Part shown: positions 61,026 through 64,000 of the stretch, in pieces
Layout of the letters: the number at the start of each line of letters is the position of its first letter
Position numbering within the stretch: the first letter of the stretch is position 1
Virus record (IMG/VR): IMGVR_UViG_3300006143_000333
Location: 1 to 64,000 of that record
Source of the DNA: a virus
Lineage: Duplodnaviria > Caudoviricetes
Length of the DNA stretch: 64,000 nucleotides
Direction: 5' to 3' (one strand)
The notes under the pieces: generated by a model
The model's database searches: none
What the model was told of the DNA's origin: nothing
The model's input: only the letters and a program-made list of their open reading frames with translations
Made by a program: the position numbers and the translations under genes

Positions 61026-62376
61026 TATAGAAGTTCCTGTATCAGTAAGTTATATCATACAGGAATTAGAGAAATGTGGACATGAGGCATACATGGTAGG
61101 CGGCTGTGTAAGGGATAGCGTGTTGGGAAGAAAACCACATGACTATGACATATGCACATCTGCCACTCCTGATGAGATATTGAAGGCATTTCCCAATGAA
61201 GAAATTATTCCGACTGGTCTTCAGCATGGCACAATAACAATTTTAATAAATAAGGAACCATTTGAGGTAACAACTTATCGGATTGACGGAGATTACTCTG
61301 ATAATCGTAGACCTGATAATGTAACATTTACAAAGAATCTGGTTGAAGATTTACGGAGAAGAGATTTTACGATTAATGCTATGGCATACAATCCTAAAAC
61401 TGGTTTAATTGATCCGTTTAATGGCATGGAGGATATCAAATATAAAAAGATTCGATGTGTTGGCTCCGCAGAAGACAGGTTTAATGAAGATGCTCTGCGA
61501 ATACTCAGAGCAATAAGATTTGAAGCACAGTTAGGTTTTGCAGGGTTTCCAGAAACAATGTTTGAAATAGATCGACAATATGAGCGGTTAAAGAATATTT
61601 CCGTTGAAAGAATTAACAGTGAATTTTGTAAAATAGTTGCTTCTAATCAGTTCTGTGTGGAATTAGTTTTGTATCCCGATGTGTTCTCTTTATTTATCCC
61701 AGAATTAAAAGATATGATAGGTTTTCAACAGGATAATCCATATCATGCATATGATGTATTTGATCATACAGTACATGCGATAGAAAAATGTGAATCGGAT
61801 GATTTAATTGTAAGGCTTGCAGTTTTCTTTCATGATTTTTGGAAGCCACATTCTTATCAGGATGGAGAAGATGGTATTAGGCACTTTAAAGGTCATGGAA
61901 AAGTAAGTTCTGATATTACTGACACTATTATGAAACGTCTTAGATTTGATAATGAAACCAGAAATAATGTAGTAGAACTGGTATATTATCACGACGCTAC
62001 TTTTGAAGTTGGAAAGAAGTATGTTAAGAGATGGCTTAATAAAATCGGTGAAAAGCAGTTTAGGCGGTTGTTAGAAGTCAGGAAAGCGGATATTAAAGGA
62101 CAAAAACCGGATTATGAAGAATCTCGGATAGAGAAAATAAATAATATAGAAAATATTCTTGAAGAAATATTATCTGAGAAATCTTGTTTCTCATTAAAGG
62201 ATTTAGCGGTTAATGGTAACGATGTAAAAGAGGTGATGAAACTCAAAGAAGGTAAAGATATTGGGTATTGGTTAAATGAGATACTGAAACGTGTTATAGA
62301 TGGAGAATTAGAAAATAATAAAGATGATTTGGTTTATTGGATGACAGGTGTTAGAGATGGTTGGATAAAATTTTAA
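61015..62376 (+). CDS. cca: CCA tRNA nucleotidyltransferase with HD domain
   Basis: VGGCVRD, DYDI, EVTTYR, DLRRRDFTINA, EDALRILRA, HT...HD. Confidence 0.9.
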   Translation: MRFSIEVPVSVSYIIQELEKCGHEAYMVGGCVRDSVLGRKPHDYDICTSATPDEILKAFPNEEIIPTGLQHGTITILINKEPFEVTTYRIDGDYSDNRRPDNVTFTKNLVEDLRRRDFTINAMAYNPKTGLIDPFNGMEDIKYKKIRCVGSAEDRFNEDALRILRAIRFEAQLGFAGFPETMFEIDRQYERLKNISVERINSEFCKIVASNQFCVELVLYPDVFSLFIPELKDMIGFQQDNPYHAYDVFDHTVHAIEKCESDDLIVRLAVFFHDFWKPHSYQDGEDGIRHFKGHGKVSSDITDTIMKRLRFDNETRNNVVELVYYHDATFEVGKKYVKRWLNKIGEKQFRRLLEVRKADIKGQKPDYEESRIEKINNIENILEEILSEKSCFSLKDLAVNGNDVKEVMKLKEGKDIGYWLNEILKRVIDGELENNKDDLVYWMTGVRDGWIKF

Positions 62377-62391
62377 GGAGGGTTTGATAAT

Positions 62392-63285
62392 TTGAAGTGT
62401 TTTTATCATGTAGATGATGATGGGAAATGTGCTGCATTTTGGGTGTATTTAAGTGCAGGAGTATATGATGGATATGAGTCAGAATTTATTCCTATCAATT
62501 ATGGAATGGAATTTTCTTTTGACAAGATAAATCCTAATGAGCAGGTATATATTGTTGACTATTCAATTATGCCAGACGAAATGAGAAAACTGTTAGAAAT
62601 AACAAAAGATGTAACCTGGATTGATCATCATAAATCAGCAATAGAAAGATATACGGATTTTGAAATTCCTATTCGTGGAATTAGATATGACGGGATAGCC
62701 GCTTGTATGCTTACATATTGTTGGTTGCATCATATGACTGAAAGAGGAGGTGGCAATCCGAAAAAATTTGATATTTCTATGACAAAAGATGCACCTATGT
62801 TTACAAAATATATTGCTGATTATGATGTATGGGCTTTTGAATATGGTGCTGATACAAGATATTTTCATATGGGATTTGATGCATACGATAAAAGCCCAGA
62901 TAACGAGATTTGGTATAACCTTTTAGATGATGATGCGGAGAATAAATATATTGAAGAAGGAAAAGCAATCATCAAGTATCGTGATAGTTTTGCAAAAGAA
63001 TACTGTAAATCTAAAGGCTTTGAAACAGAGTTTGAAGGTCATAAAGTATATGCAATGAATATTGGACTAGCTGGTAGTGATTGGTTTAAATCTGTAGATG
63101 ATGGTTCCTATGATATATTGATGCCATTTTTATTTAATGGAAGAAATGGTACATGGACATATAGTATGTATTCAAAAACTGTGGATGTATCTGAAATTGC
63201 AAAGAAATATGGTGGTGGAGGTCATAAGGGAGCTGCTGGATTTAATACGAATAGGTTGATTTTTGAGAGAAAAGGAGAAATTTAA
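62392..63285 (+). CDS. DHH/DHHA1 phosphoesterase
   Basis: YHVDDDG, IVD, WIDHH, GGGGHKGAAGF. Confidence 0.9.
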   Translation: MKCFYHVDDDGKCAAFWVYLSAGVYDGYESEFIPINYGMEFSFDKINPNEQVYIVDYSIMPDEMRKLLEITKDVTWIDHHKSAIERYTDFEIPIRGIRYDGIAACMLTYCWLHHMTERGGGNPKKFDISMTKDAPMFTKYIADYDVWAFEYGADTRYFHMGFDAYDKSPDNEIWYNLLDDDAENKYIEEGKAIIKYRDSFAKEYCKSKGFETEFEGHKVYAMNIGLAGSDWFKSVDDGSYDILMPFLFNGRNGTWTYSMYSKTVDVSEIAKKYGGGGHKGAAGFNTNRLIFERKGEI

Positions 63286-63286
63286 T

Positions 63287-64000
63287 ATGGCAGATAGAGC
63301 ATTGGCACATATTGAAAAAATTGAGTGGGTAAGACCGATTGATGGAGCAGATAATATTGAACTTATTGGAGTCCTTGGATGGGTTTGTATCGCAAAGAAA
63401 GAAGAGTTTAAGCCAGGAGATTTAGCCGTGTACATTGAAATTGATAGTAAATGTCCTGAATCTGATGAAAGATTTGCTTTCTTAGCAACAAAGCATTATA
63501 AGGTAAAAACAATGAAGCTAGGGAAATTTAAGGTTATTAGTCAGGGACTTGCACTCCCGATTTCATTATTTCCAGAGTTGAGTGATAAAGCTATTGGATC
63601 GGACGTGACTGAAAGTCTTAAAATTACTTATTCTTGTGAAGAAGATATTAAGAGAAAGTCCAATAATATAGATTCTAATGCTAAATATAAGTCTATGGCT
63701 CGGAGACATAAGAAATTCTTCAGCAGACCGCTTGTTCGTAAGATTATGAGATATAAGTTTGGCAGGAAAATTATGTTCCTGTTCTTTGGTAGGAAGAAGG
63801 ATAATCCAAAAGAGTTTCCTAAGTGGATTGTTAAGACGGACGAGACACGAATTGAGAACGCACCGTTTTATCTTGAAAGTACCGATAAATGGATTAAGAC
63901 AGAGAAGTTGGACGGAACAAGCTGCACATTTGCTGTAGACAGAATTAAGAAGAATAAGTTTGAGTTTATTGTTTGTAGTAGAAATGTGAGACAGGCAGAT
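63287..64000 (+). CDS. RNA ligase (Rnl2/DRB0094-like), truncated by window end
   Basis: MADRALAHIEKI...GADNIE...YIEIDS...SQGL...KTDETRI...TEKLDGTS (KxDG). Confidence 0.85.
   Translation, partial: MADRALAHIEKIEWVRPIDGADNIELIGVLGWVCIAKKEEFKPGDLAVYIEIDSKCPESDERFAFLATKHYKVKTMKLGKFKVISQGLALPISLFPELSDKAIGSDVTESLKITYSCEEDIKRKSNNIDSNAKYKSMARRHKKFFSRPLVRKIMRYKFGRKIMFLFFGRKKDNPKEFPKWIVKTDETRIENAPFYLESTDKWIKTEKLDGTSCTFAVDRIKKNKFEFIVCSRNVRQAD

Overview
AT-rich, almost entirely + strand, gene-dense accessory/early region of a large Firmicutes (Clostridia/Lachnospiraceae-like) temperate phage or phage-like element. No virion structural genes are visible in the window. Main content: (1) a complete diversity-generating retroelement (target-VR, avd, TR, RT at 50.8-53.3 kb) plus a second, frameshifted remote target about 33 kb away; (2) about 40 copies of a palindromic site, T(G/A)AA(A/T)-N6-(T/A)TT(C/T)A, each with a different 6-bp spacer, at gene boundaries, dividing the cargo into cassette-like units, with a XerS/XerC-like tyrosine recombinase among them (best candidate for an undescribed system); (3) RNA-rich regulatory modules: three twister ribozymes, one hammerhead, three copies of an unrecognised three-way-junction RNA, boxA-like elements and five antisense-RNA elements; (4) five type II TA pairs plus a PemK/MazF and a Fic gene, six ParB/DUF262-fold genes, two DNA methyltransferases, a solo tnpB and an orphan copy of its 3' end; (5) a tRNA(CAT) and an RNA/tRNA repair kit (Thg1-like, CCA enzyme, nucleotidyltransferase, DHH phosphoesterase, RNA ligase). 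All calls were made by eye; family names come from motif recognition, not database searches.
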